This document shows, piece by piece, positions 8,769-17,227 of a stretch of DNA of 32,000 nucleotides. Source of the stretch: Copranaerobaculum intestinale (lineage in GTDB: Bacteria; Bacillota_I; Bacilli_A; Erysipelotrichales; Erysipelotrichaceae); assembly GCF_009831105.1 (NCBI RefSeq), contig NZ_WUUQ01000002.1, positions 180,001-212,000 of the forward strand, given 5' to 3'. Below the pieces are notes generated by a model. It was not told the DNA's origin, made no database searches, and worked only from the letters and a program-made list of their open reading frames with translations. Within the stretch, counting starts at the first letter, position 1, and the number at the start of each line of letters is the position of its first letter. A program made the position numbers and the translations under genes.

Positions 8769-9224
8769 ATGTTTCTCTATTATCTTGACAGTGGTTTTTT
8801 CAAGCCGGGGAGAAAAAGTGAAACTCTTTGTTCAAGAGTCTTAAAGCTTTGTGAAAAAGAATCCCCATCGGCAGTTCTGATTCATGGCGAGATACTTTAT
8901 CCGGAAGGATTTCAGCGGTTTACACGTACTCTGCAAGCTTTGCGTATTGCGTGTATAACAACGCAGGAATCATTTGAAGCAACGGATTCATATCAAACGC
9001 TTTGCGGTCTTTCGGCAGAAGCTCGGGCTGAACTGCGAAAGCCTGCCGCAGATACCTTGTATAAAATACATAAAAATGATTCAGAGCTGACAAGAATTTA
9101 TATGCAGCTGTTTGTTCGCCATAGCATTACAGATGATCCGGATTTTCTGGCCGAGCTGGAGAAACGGATACAGGGTATGGGGAAAGAAAGCAAAGCAGGC
9201 TGTATCAAACAGAAAATGAATTAA
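8769..9224 (+). CDS. Hypothetical protein (~151 aa), unknown function
   Basis: Open frame directly after ftsZ and closed by a terminator. No recognisable motif and no clear RBS, so the start is uncertain. Confidence 0.45.
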   Translation: MFLYYLDSGFFKPGRKSETLCSRVLKLCEKESPSAVLIHGEILYPEGFQRFTRTLQALRIACITTQESFEATDSYQTLCGLSAEARAELRKPAADTLYKIHKNDSELTRIYMQLFVRHSITDDPDFLAELEKRIQGMGKESKAGCIKQKMN

Positions 9225-9246
9225 ACCGGGTAAACCGGTTTTTTTA
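9223..9246 (+). terminator. Rho-independent terminator
   Basis: AAACCGG (9223-9229) pairs with CCGGTTT (9235-9241), followed by TTTTT. Confidence 0.6.
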
Positions 9247-9315
9247 TATGTTTTTGTCGAAACGATCATAACCAATCTCCTGCCACATACATTTGAATAA
9301 GCAGGAGGGATATGT

Positions 9316-11892
9316 ATGGTTTATCAAAAAAATATAAAGGCGGTTCTGGAGGAATACAAGGTCGACGGCGATCGCGGACTCAGTACCCATGAGGCCGAGG
9401 AACGGCTTAAGCAGTATGGACGCAATGAATTACGCAAAGAAAAGAAGATAACGCTGCCGCAGATGCTGTTGGAACAGTTTCAAGATCCAATGGTTATCAT
9501 TTTAATTATTGGCGCGGTTGTTTCTTTTTTCTTAAAAGAGGTGATTGATGCTTCCATTATTCTCGTGGTTATCATCATGAATGCGATGATTGGCGTAGCA
9601 CAGGAATTCAAAGCGGAAAAAGCGATTGAAGCCTTAGAGAAATTATCCACACCGAAAGCACATGTCATTCGTGAAGGATTTATCCGTGAAATAGATTCAT
9701 CACAGCTGGTGATCGGTGATATTGTAGATTTGGAGGTAGGATGTTATATACCTGCTGATTTACGTCTGATCAGTTCTCATTCATTGAAGATTGAGGAATC
9801 CACGCTGACAGGGGAAAGTGAGCCGGTTGATAAGGATGCAACACTGCTGCTGGATACGGATACAGGTATTGCTGATCAGCGTAATATGGCTTTTATGTCT
9901 ACCTTTGTTACATATGGAAAAGGCCGTGGAGTAGTTGTTGCGACCGGAATGAAAAGTGAAGTTGGTAAAATTGCCAAGCTGTTGGACGATACCAAGGAGG
10001 ATAAAACTCCGCTTCAGCAGCGACTGGCGCAATTATCAAAAATTTTGGGTATCGGATCAGTTGCAATCTGTATGATCATGTTTGTGGTATCACTTTTGCA
10101 GGGAAGAGATATCTTCGATATGCTGCTGCTGTCTATTTCACTTGCCGTGGCGGCAATTCCGGAAGGTTTACCGGCTGTGGTTACGATCGTGCTGGCGCTT
10201 GGAGTACAAGTTATGTCAAAGAATCATGCGATCGTCCGTAAGCTGCATGCGGTGGAAACGCTCGGCTCTGTCAGTGTGATCTGCTCCGATAAAACTGGTA
10301 CCCTTACGCAGAATAAAATGCATGTGGTCAGTACCTATGCCAATGGTGAAATGAATGGAAGCTTTGACGAGGATATGCTGTTTGGTATGAGTCTTTGTAA
10401 CGATGCCAAGGTACAGGAACAGGAAATCATCGGAGAACCAACGGAAAAGGCACTGGTTGCTTTTGTGGAGCAGCAGGGCATTCATAAGCATACTTTGGAA
10501 TTGGATTATGTGCGAGTGAATGAAATTCCTTTTGATTCACAGCGCAAACTAATGACTACGGTGCATAAATATCGAAATGGGTATGTATCATTTACCAAAG
10601 GAGCATTAGAGCGTATCTTGGATCGCTGCACACACATTCAGCTGCACGGAGAAAAGCTTGCATTCTCTGCTTATGAAAAAAGTCGGATCATGGAAGCCAG
10701 CCGACAAATGAGTGAACAGGCGCTGCGGGTGCTTGCGATTGCCAAAAAGCCGGTACGCAATCCGATGTCTGACAATTTGGAAAGCGGATTGATCTTGCTG
10801 GGCTTGGTAGGTTTGATCGATCCGCCGCGTGAAGAAGTAAAAGAGAGTATTGCCATCGCTCATAAAGCCGGCATTGAAGTTGTTATGATCACAGGCGATC
10901 ATCCATTGACAGCGCTTGCGATTGCCCGGCAGCTAGATATTGCGAAATATCAGCAGGAAGTATGCACCGGTGCCGATCTGGATGCGATGAATGATCAAGA
11001 GCTCGGCGATGTCATTTCCCGCTACCATGTGTTTGCGCGGGTCACACCCCAGCATAAAGTGCGCATCGTCCGTGCGCTGAAAGCGAATGAACAGGTTGTC
11101 GCAATGTCCGGTGATGGCGTTAATGACGCGCCGTCTTTAAAAAATGCTGATATCGGCATTGCGATGGGAAAAAGCGGAACTGATGTATGTAAGCAGGCGA
11201 GCGATATGATTCTCGCGGATGATAATTTTGCGACGATCGTCAAGGCGGTAGAAGAAGGAAGAAATATCTATCTGAACATACAAAAAGCTGTACTCTATTT
11301 ATTAAGCTGCAATCTGGGCGAGATCATGTCATTGTTTTTGACCATGGTGCTGATGCCTCATGTAGTTTCCACCCTTAGCGCAGTGCAGATTCTTTGGGTG
11401 AATATGGTAACCGACGCTTTTCCGGCCCTGGCCCTTGGGGTTGATCCAAAGGATCGTTATATTATGGAAGAAAAACCGCGCAATGCGAAAGAGAGCTTAT
11501 TCGCACATGGAGGTTGGGTGTTTACGATTCTTAACGGTATGCTGATCGGTACAATAACGATGGTCGCCTTCCGGTATGGACTCAACAGCAGTCCGGAAAA
11601 AGCAAGAACCATGGCCTTTATGGTTTTATCCATTTCACAGCTGTTTCACGCAATGAATCTTACCAGCCGTACCCATTCACTGTTTCAGGTCGGCATCTTT
11701 AAAAATAAATGGTTGATATTAACCGTATTCTTTGGAATTGCTCTGCAGGTAATGGTAGCGAGTTTGCCGTTTTTCCAGATGCTTTTGAAAACAGTGTCGC
11801 TCGATGTGTTCAGTTGGGGCATTGTATTCTCTCTTGCCTTTTCACCTATTTTGTTAAATGAAGCTAGTAAGTGGATAGCTCATGAACGCTGA
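9316..11892 (+). CDS. Cation-transporting P-type ATPase, Ca2+ (P2A/YloB-like) type
   Basis: Motifs LTGESEPV, CSDKTGTLTQNKM (phosphorylation site), MITGDHPLTA, GDGVNDAPSLK. About ten hydrophobic segments. RBS GGAGGG. Confidence 0.9.
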   Translation: MVYQKNIKAVLEEYKVDGDRGLSTHEAEERLKQYGRNELRKEKKITLPQMLLEQFQDPMVIILIIGAVVSFFLKEVIDASIILVVIIMNAMIGVAQEFKAEKAIEALEKLSTPKAHVIREGFIREIDSSQLVIGDIVDLEVGCYIPADLRLISSHSLKIEESTLTGESEPVDKDATLLLDTDTGIADQRNMAFMSTFVTYGKGRGVVVATGMKSEVGKIAKLLDDTKEDKTPLQQRLAQLSKILGIGSVAICMIMFVVSLLQGRDIFDMLLLSISLAVAAIPEGLPAVVTIVLALGVQVMSKNHAIVRKLHAVETLGSVSVICSDKTGTLTQNKMHVVSTYANGEMNGSFDEDMLFGMSLCNDAKVQEQEIIGEPTEKALVAFVEQQGIHKHTLELDYVRVNEIPFDSQRKLMTTVHKYRNGYVSFTKGALERILDRCTHIQLHGEKLAFSAYEKSRIMEASRQMSEQALRVLAIAKKPVRNPMSDNLESGLILLGLVGLIDPPREEVKESIAIAHKAGIEVVMITGDHPLTALAIARQLDIAKYQQEVCTGADLDAMNDQELGDVISRYHVFARVTPQHKVRIVRALKANEQVVAMSGDGVNDAPSLKNADIGIAMGKSGTDVCKQASDMILADDNFATIVKAVEEGRNIYLNIQKAVLYLLSCNLGEIMSLFLTMVLMPHVVSTLSAVQILWVNMVTDAFPALALGVDPKDRYIMEEKPRNAKESLFAHGGWVFTILNGMLIGTITMVAFRYGLNSSPEKARTMAFMVLSISQLFHAMNLTSRTHSLFQVGIFKNKWLILTVFFGIALQVMVASLPFFQMLLKTVSLDVFSWGIVFSLAFSPILLNEASKWIAHER

Positions 11893-11912
11893 GCTAATAA
11901 TCATACGTACCG

Positions 11913-11947
11913 GGAAGTCTTGAAAATAAGACTTCCTTCTTTATTTT
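11913..11947 (+). terminator. Rho-independent terminator after the ATPase gene
   Basis: GGAAGTCTT-gaaaat-AAGACTTCC is a perfect 9-bp stem followed by a T-rich tract. Confidence 0.7.
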
Positions 11948-12028
11948 CTTTATAAAAATGAGGTGCTGATGGAAGAATTTAAAACAGATAAATCCATATT
12001 ACAGATCGCATGCATTTATAAAATGTAC

Positions 12029-12056
12029 TTGATAAGTGCTTAAAAGGTGATATTAT
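12029..12056 (+). promoter_or_regulatory. Candidate promoter of the pyrP leader
   Basis: TTGATA (12029-12034), 16-nt spacer, extended -10 TGaTATTAT (12048-12056). Confidence 0.4.
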
Positions 12057-12130
12057 CATCAGAAAGAATTGGAAATCATTTGTTTATGCTTCACAGGATT
12101 TATATCCTATGCTAAAATAAGAACAGCACA

Positions 12131-12218
12131 TAGGTCTTTAAGCGGATCCAGAGAGGTCGCAAGGCAACTATCTCATCATCATATTGCCATATACGGACTG
12201 CGGGTGCAGTTCGTTTTT
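12131..12218 (+). promoter_or_regulatory. PyrR-binding transcription attenuator (pyr leader)
   Basis: GGTCTTTAAGCGGATCCAGAGAGGTCGCAAGG contains the conserved PyrR binding-loop core UCCAGAGAGG (12146-12155). It is followed by the terminator hairpin CGGACTGC-gggt-GCAGTTCG (12194-12213) plus TTTTT, immediately upstream of the pyrP RBS. Confidence 0.65.
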
Positions 12219-12249
12219 ATCTGCCTGTGTGATAAAGGAGGATATACAT

Positions 12250-13542
12250 ATGAGTGATTCAAAAATGTTACTGGATGTTCGGGATAAACCAAAACCTGCA
12301 CAATGGGCCCTGCTGTCATTTCAGCATGTGTTCGCAATGTTTGGTGCTACGGTGCTGGTACCGATTATTACTGGATTTCCTGTATCGGTGGCACTGTTTG
12401 CTTCTGGTATCGGAACCCTTATTTATACCGTATGTACCAAAGGAAAGGTACCGGTTTACCTAGGCAGCTCCTTTGCTTATATCGGAGCTGTTCAGATTGC
12501 TGTAGCGGCACTCAGCGGGGATGTGTCGGCGGCACAGACCGGTTTGATGCTGATAGGTGTTACCTATGTAATTGTCGCAACCGTTATCAAATTTGTCGGT
12601 AAGAATTGGATCGACAAGCTGCTTCCGCCAATTGTTATCGGTCCGATGATTGCCGTGATTGGTCTGGGTCTGGCAGCCAATGCGGTTAAAAACGCCGATC
12701 TGGTACAGGGTGGTGATCTTCGCAATATGGCTGTGGCAATCATCACATTTTTAACAGCTGCGTTCATCAGCACCAAAGCAAAAGGCTTCTTTAAAATCAT
12801 TCCCTTTTTAATTGCTATCGCAGTAGGCTATATAAGCGCCGTTGCATTCGGACTCGTGGACTTTTCGAAGATTGCCGATGCCGAATGGTTTTCTCTGCCG
12901 GAATTTATTCTGCCGTTTAAGCTTGCGGGCTTCAAAAGCTGGCATTTCTACTTCGGCCCGGAAACTTGGGCAATCCTGCCGGTTGCCTTTGTTACGATTG
13001 CTGAGCATATCGGTGATCATACCGTCCTTGGTAAAATTTGCGGACGCAACTTCTTAAAAGATCCTGGTTTGGAACGCACCCTGATGGGTGATGGTATCGC
13101 AACTGCTGTTTCTGCCTTTTTAGGCGGCCCGGCCAATACGACATACGGAGAGAATACCGGAGTTATCGGTATGACCAGAGTATCAAGTGTTTACGTGACC
13201 GCAGGGGCTGCCTGCATCGCAATCCTGCTGTCCTGTGTCGGCAAGATATCCGCGTTTATTTCAACCATTCCGGATCCGGTACTCGGAGGAATGAGTATAT
13301 TGCTCTATGGCGTAATCGCCAGCAACGGCTTGCGGGTACTGGTTGATAATCATATCAATTTTGCACATCAGCGCAATTTGATCATCGCTTCAGCGATGCT
13401 GGTCATCGGTTTGGGCGGGGCAATCCTTCCGTTTGGCAAGGTTGTTACCTTATCGGGAACAGCACTGTCTGCATTGGTGGGAGTTATTTTGAATCTGATT
13501 CTGCCAAAACACGAAGAAGGACCGGAAGCTCCGGAAATATAA
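12250..13542 (+). CDS. pyrP: Uracil permease (NCS2 family)
   Basis: ATG at 12250 after AAAGGAGGA. The N-terminal extension in the ORF track covers the attenuator and is not coding. Typical UraA/PyrP strings are present: QHVFAMFGATVLVP, AEHIGDH, NTTYGENTGV. Confidence 0.9.
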   Translation: MSDSKMLLDVRDKPKPAQWALLSFQHVFAMFGATVLVPIITGFPVSVALFASGIGTLIYTVCTKGKVPVYLGSSFAYIGAVQIAVAALSGDVSAAQTGLMLIGVTYVIVATVIKFVGKNWIDKLLPPIVIGPMIAVIGLGLAANAVKNADLVQGGDLRNMAVAIITFLTAAFISTKAKGFFKIIPFLIAIAVGYISAVAFGLVDFSKIADAEWFSLPEFILPFKLAGFKSWHFYFGPETWAILPVAFVTIAEHIGDHTVLGKICGRNFLKDPGLERTLMGDGIATAVSAFLGGPANTTYGENTGVIGMTRVSSVYVTAGAACIAILLSCVGKISAFISTIPDPVLGGMSILLYGVIASNGLRVLVDNHINFAHQRNLIIASAMLVIGLGGAILPFGKVVTLSGTALSALVGVILNLILPKHEEGPEAPEI

Positions 13543-13547
13543 TATGA

Positions 13548-13573
13548 AACACCGGTGTGTCCGGTGTTTTTTT
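13548..13573 (+). terminator. Rho-independent terminator after pyrP
   Basis: AACACCGG-tgtgt-CCGGTGTT is a perfect 8-bp stem followed by a T7 run. Confidence 0.75.
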
Positions 13574-13598
13574 ATGATATACTTGGTTTGGTGATGAA

Positions 13599-14456
13599 AT
13601 GCGATTTAAACGGATTTATGTAGAAATTATGAATAGCTGCAATCTGCATTGTTCGTTCTGCATCAAAAACAAACGGCCGCCGCAGTGCATGTCAGCAGAG
13701 CAGTTTAAAACCACGGCAATACAGCTTCGTCCTTACAGTGACTATCTGTATCTGCATGTACTTGGGGAACCGCTCATGCATCCGGAATTAGAAAAAATTT
13801 TGAATATCTGTGCAGAATTGCGTTTTCAGGTCAATCTCACAACCAACGGAACGCTTTTAAAAGAGCGGCTGCCCATTTTAAAAAAGGCCGCCGCACTGCG
13901 TCAGATCAATGTTTCTCTGCACAGCTTTTCACAGCAGGACGGAATTGACAACAACACCTATCTGAAGGATTGTCTGGAAGCTGGTGAACAGCTCTTGGAT
14001 CACGTCTATATGTCCTATCGACTATGGAATAAGCAAGGCGGCAGCTTGGATGAAGCTACAATGGCGCTCGTGTCAAGTATCAATGACCGTTATCATGCTG
14101 AGATTGCGCCGCAGGGGATACGAGGAAGCGATAAATATACTCTGAAGCAGAATATGTTTCTCAATTTTGAAGAAATGTTTATATGGCCGAGTCTGGACAA
14201 TCCGATTCAAGCTGATCCGGCACGCTGTCTTGGATGGAAAAGCATGTGTGCGATCTTAGTGAACGGTGATGTCGTACCATGCTGCTTAGATGGGAATGGA
14301 GCCTGTGTATTGGGAAATTTAAAAGATCAGCCCTTCTCTGAAATTATTGAAGGAGAAATGGGGAAGAAAATTCTGGAAGGCTGGAAGCAGGGAAAGGCAG
14401 TTATGCCGCTTTGCCAGCGCTGTTCCTATCGGCTTCGTTTTGGGGCTAATAAATAA
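13599..14456 (+). CDS. Small radical SAM protein with C-terminal SPASM/twitch-like Cys cluster
   Basis: CNLHCSFC (Cx3Cx2C) at residues 14-21. Cys-rich C-terminus CLGWKSMC..VPCCLDGNGAC..CQRC. Confidence 0.85.
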   Translation: MRFKRIYVEIMNSCNLHCSFCIKNKRPPQCMSAEQFKTTAIQLRPYSDYLYLHVLGEPLMHPELEKILNICAELRFQVNLTTNGTLLKERLPILKKAAALRQINVSLHSFSQQDGIDNNTYLKDCLEAGEQLLDHVYMSYRLWNKQGGSLDEATMALVSSINDRYHAEIAPQGIRGSDKYTLKQNMFLNFEEMFIWPSLDNPIQADPARCLGWKSMCAILVNGDVVPCCLDGNGACVLGNLKDQPFSEIIEGEMGKKILEGWKQGKAVMPLCQRCSYRLRFGANK

Positions 14457-14457
14457 T

Positions 14458-14482
14458 GGCTGCCTGATTGGCGGCTTTTTTA
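14458..14482 (+). terminator. Terminator after the radical SAM gene
   Basis: GGCTGCC-tgatt-GGCGGCT (7-bp stem including G-U pairs) followed by TTTTTT. Confidence 0.5.
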
Positions 14483-14882
14483 TTGGATCCTGGCTTATCA
14501 ATATTTACAGAATGAACGCTTTTGTAATTAAAATTATGCGAAAGTTAATAAAGCATGAGAATGTTCTTATAAATTCAATAATTTCATTCCTTTTGATCCT
14601 TTCTTCTCCTTATATCGCATCGCTGCTAAACGATCATTCGCTGTTGATAATACTGTTCAAGCACAGCACACGACAAAGGATAAGAAAGAAAGGGCAGAAC
14701 GTGAATGAGAAAGTCTGGTATCTTCATATGCTTTACTGTATGTTTCTTCACTTATTTTCTTAAATTCATTGACTGACAGAGTGAATTTGTTGAATGAAAA
14801 TCACTGCCGCCGGAGCATATTAGTAGGTAGAATGGAACGTTCGTTGTAAGGTTATGGAGTAAAAACGAAAAGAGGTGCTCAT

Positions 14883-15827
14883 ATGATCACAGGATTTGTG
14901 GGGACATATTTATCTCCGCGAAGCAAAGGTCTTTATCGCTTTCAATTTGATGAACAAAACCTTCACTTTCTTGAAAAGCAGCTGTTTTTTGAAGCGGAGG
15001 ATGTGAAATATGTATCCTACATGGATGGTATGCTGGCATTTCCCTGCCGCCGCGATCAAGCGCAGCTGATCTGTATTCAGGATCAGATGGTACATGCCAA
15101 GGAAAGCTTCGAACAGGATGTTGCGGTATATGTGGTGCAGGATCAGCAATATATTTATACGGTCAATTATCATGACGGAGTGCTGATACGGTATGAGAAA
15201 GCAGATTTGAAGATTGATAAGAAGGTGTTTATTCAGGAAGAAGCCGGCTGTCATCAGGTATTGTTGACAAAGGATCGAATAATCGTACCATGCCGGCTGT
15301 TGGATGCGCTCTATATTTATGACCGCAGGGATTTAACTCTCGTACAGATACTGAATTTTCCGGTTGGAAGCGGGCCCCGCCACGGTGCGGTGACTGCGGA
15401 TGAAAATACAATTTATGTCATTAGTGAAAATACCAGTGAGCTTTTCCTTATTCATAATGAACCAACGATGAAAATTGTCAAACAACTCACGCTGTCAGTG
15501 AAGGGAAGACAATGGGGTGGAGCGGCAATCCGTTTATCAAGAGATGAACGATTCCTGTATCTTTCGTTACGCGGAAGCAACCAGGTAGCAGTCGTCGATA
15601 CTTCAAAGTGGCAAGTCATTCAGCGAATGGACAGTCATGGTGATCATCCCCGTGATGCAGCACTGAGCCCGGATGAGCAGTATGTATTTGTTATCAATCG
15701 TACCTGCGGCACAATGGCGGTATTCTCCAGAAATGCTGAAAATGGACGATTGCAGGACTTGAATCGTGAAATTACGATCGAACAAGGTGTCAGTATCGTA
15801 TTTGCAGAAAAGGAGGCATTCAAATGA
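14883..15827 (+). CDS. pgl: 6-phosphogluconolactonase, beta-propeller (YbhE/Pgl lactonase) type
   Basis: Repeated propeller-blade pattern, G-S-GPRH motif (VGSGPRHG), operon context with gnd and zwf. RBS AGAGGTG. Confidence 0.7.
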   Translation: MITGFVGTYLSPRSKGLYRFQFDEQNLHFLEKQLFFEAEDVKYVSYMDGMLAFPCRRDQAQLICIQDQMVHAKESFEQDVAVYVVQDQQYIYTVNYHDGVLIRYEKADLKIDKKVFIQEEAGCHQVLLTKDRIIVPCRLLDALYIYDRRDLTLVQILNFPVGSGPRHGAVTADENTIYVISENTSELFLIHNEPTMKIVKQLTLSVKGRQWGGAAIRLSRDERFLYLSLRGSNQVAVVDTSKWQVIQRMDSHGDHPRDAALSPDEQYVFVINRTCGTMAVFSRNAENGRLQDLNREITIEQGVSIVFAEKEAFK

Positions 15828-17227
15828 ATCAAATTGGAATCATCGGATTAGCGGTTATGGGGCGCAGCCTGGCGCTCAATATGGCCGATCACGGATATCA
15901 GGTAGCAGGCTTTAATCGCAGCTATGAAGTCACAAAGCAGATGATCGAAGCTTCACCGCATAAGAATTTTCATGGTTATCGCACCTTACAGGAAATGGTT
16001 TCTTCCTTAGAAAAGCCGCGGCGGATTATGATGATGATCAAGGCCGGCAAACCGGTGGACAGTCTCATTGAACAGTTGCTTTTGCTTTTGGATAAAGGGG
16101 ATATCATCATGGACGGAGGAAATTCGTTTTTTGAAGATACGATCCGCCGTGAATCTTATTTGCGCTCACAGGGCATTCATTATTTCGGAGTTGGAGTATC
16201 CGGCGGTGAGGACGGAGCCCGTTTTGGACCGAGTATGATGCCGGGCGGTGATCCTGCTGCTTATTTCAATATCGGTCCGATTTTGGAAACGATATCCGCT
16301 AAGGCGGATGACGGCAAGCCCTGCTGTATGTATATCGGCCCAAACGGCGCAGGTCATTACGTGAAAATGGTGCATAACGGTATTGAATATGCAGATATGC
16401 AGATGATTGCTGAAGCCTATTTGCTGTTAAAATATGTGAGACATATGAATAATCAGGAAATGGCAGATGTGTTTGACGACTGGAATCAGGGAACCTTGAA
16501 TAGCTTTTTGATCAAAATTACCGCCGATATCCTAAGGGAGCACGATGATCAAAGCGATAATGATTTGATCGATCAAATCAAGGATGCTTCTCAGCAAAAG
16601 GGAACCGGCCGCTGGACGAGCATCGAAGCACTGAAGCAGGGTGTTGATGTTTCTATGATTACAGCTTCCGGTAATGCCCGTGTAATGTCTAATAACGAAA
16701 GCCGCCCATCCGCGGCACAATATTTCCATGATGCAAAAGCTGATAATTTAGGAAGCAGTATATCGATCGAGGATATCCGTTCCGGTTTGTATGCCGCCAA
16801 AATGATAGCCTATGCACAGGGGTTTGATTTACTGAAACAGGCGAGCAATGCTTATCACTGGGATCTCAAGCTTGGTGGCATTGCTTCAATTTTTCGAGCC
16901 GGCTGTATTATCCAAGCACGTTTTTTGAATCAGATAACAGATGCCTATGAACGTAATCAGCAGTTGCATCATCTTTTACAAGACCCATTCTTTGCGAAGC
17001 AGGTAAAGGAATCGCTTCCGGCATTGCGGAAAATTGTTATTCAAGCAATACATGCCGGGATTCCGGTGCCGTCTTTAAGCAATGCCGTATCCTATTTGGA
17101 TATGTATGCAGCACGCCATGCAGGAGCCAATTTGATCCAGGCACAGCGCGATTATTTCGGCGCTCACACCTTTGAACGGGTAGATCGTGCCGGCAGTTTT
17201 CATCATGAATGGAGGCGATCATCATGA
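15824..17227 (+). CDS. gnd: 6-phosphogluconate dehydrogenase (decarboxylating)
   Basis: IGLAVMGRSLALNMADHG Rossmann N-terminus, GPNGAGHYVKMVHNGIEY, AQRDYFGAHT. ATGA overlap with the pgl stop. Confidence 0.93.
   Translation: MNQIGIIGLAVMGRSLALNMADHGYQVAGFNRSYEVTKQMIEASPHKNFHGYRTLQEMVSSLEKPRRIMMMIKAGKPVDSLIEQLLLLLDKGDIIMDGGNSFFEDTIRRESYLRSQGIHYFGVGVSGGEDGARFGPSMMPGGDPAAYFNIGPILETISAKADDGKPCCMYIGPNGAGHYVKMVHNGIEYADMQMIAEAYLLLKYVRHMNNQEMADVFDDWNQGTLNSFLIKITADILREHDDQSDNDLIDQIKDASQQKGTGRWTSIEALKQGVDVSMITASGNARVMSNNESRPSAAQYFHDAKADNLGSSISIEDIRSGLYAAKMIAYAQGFDLLKQASNAYHWDLKLGGIASIFRAGCIIQARFLNQITDAYERNQQLHHLLQDPFFAKQVKESLPALRKIVIQAIHAGIPVPSLSNAVSYLDMYAARHAGANLIQAQRDYFGAHTFERVDRAGSFHHEWRRSS

Noticed and set aside
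11913-11936. Shared 9-mer GGAAGTCTT/AAGACTTCC in the terminators at 11913-11936 and 27177-27210
   Set aside because: There are only two copies, both explained as independent intrinsic terminators. There is no extended similarity outside the stems, so a REP-like repeat family is not supported from this window.
11969-12043. 24-codon ORF MEEFKTDKSILQIACIYKMYLISA after a GAGGTG
   Set aside because: The RBS spacing is only ~3 nt, and the ORF overlaps the predicted pyrP-leader promoter. There is no supporting evidence, so it is not called.
12069-12257. 62-aa ORF and the N-terminal extension of the permease ORF (12184-12249)
   Set aside because: The region is explained by the PyrR-binding leader and its terminator. 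The permease has a strong RBS and ATG at 12250.
14347-14763. 138-aa plus-strand ORF overlapping the end of the radical SAM gene
   Set aside because: It overlaps the real gene out of frame, crosses a terminator hairpin and has no RBS. Its low-complexity hydrophobic sequence is typical of AT-rich noncoding DNA.
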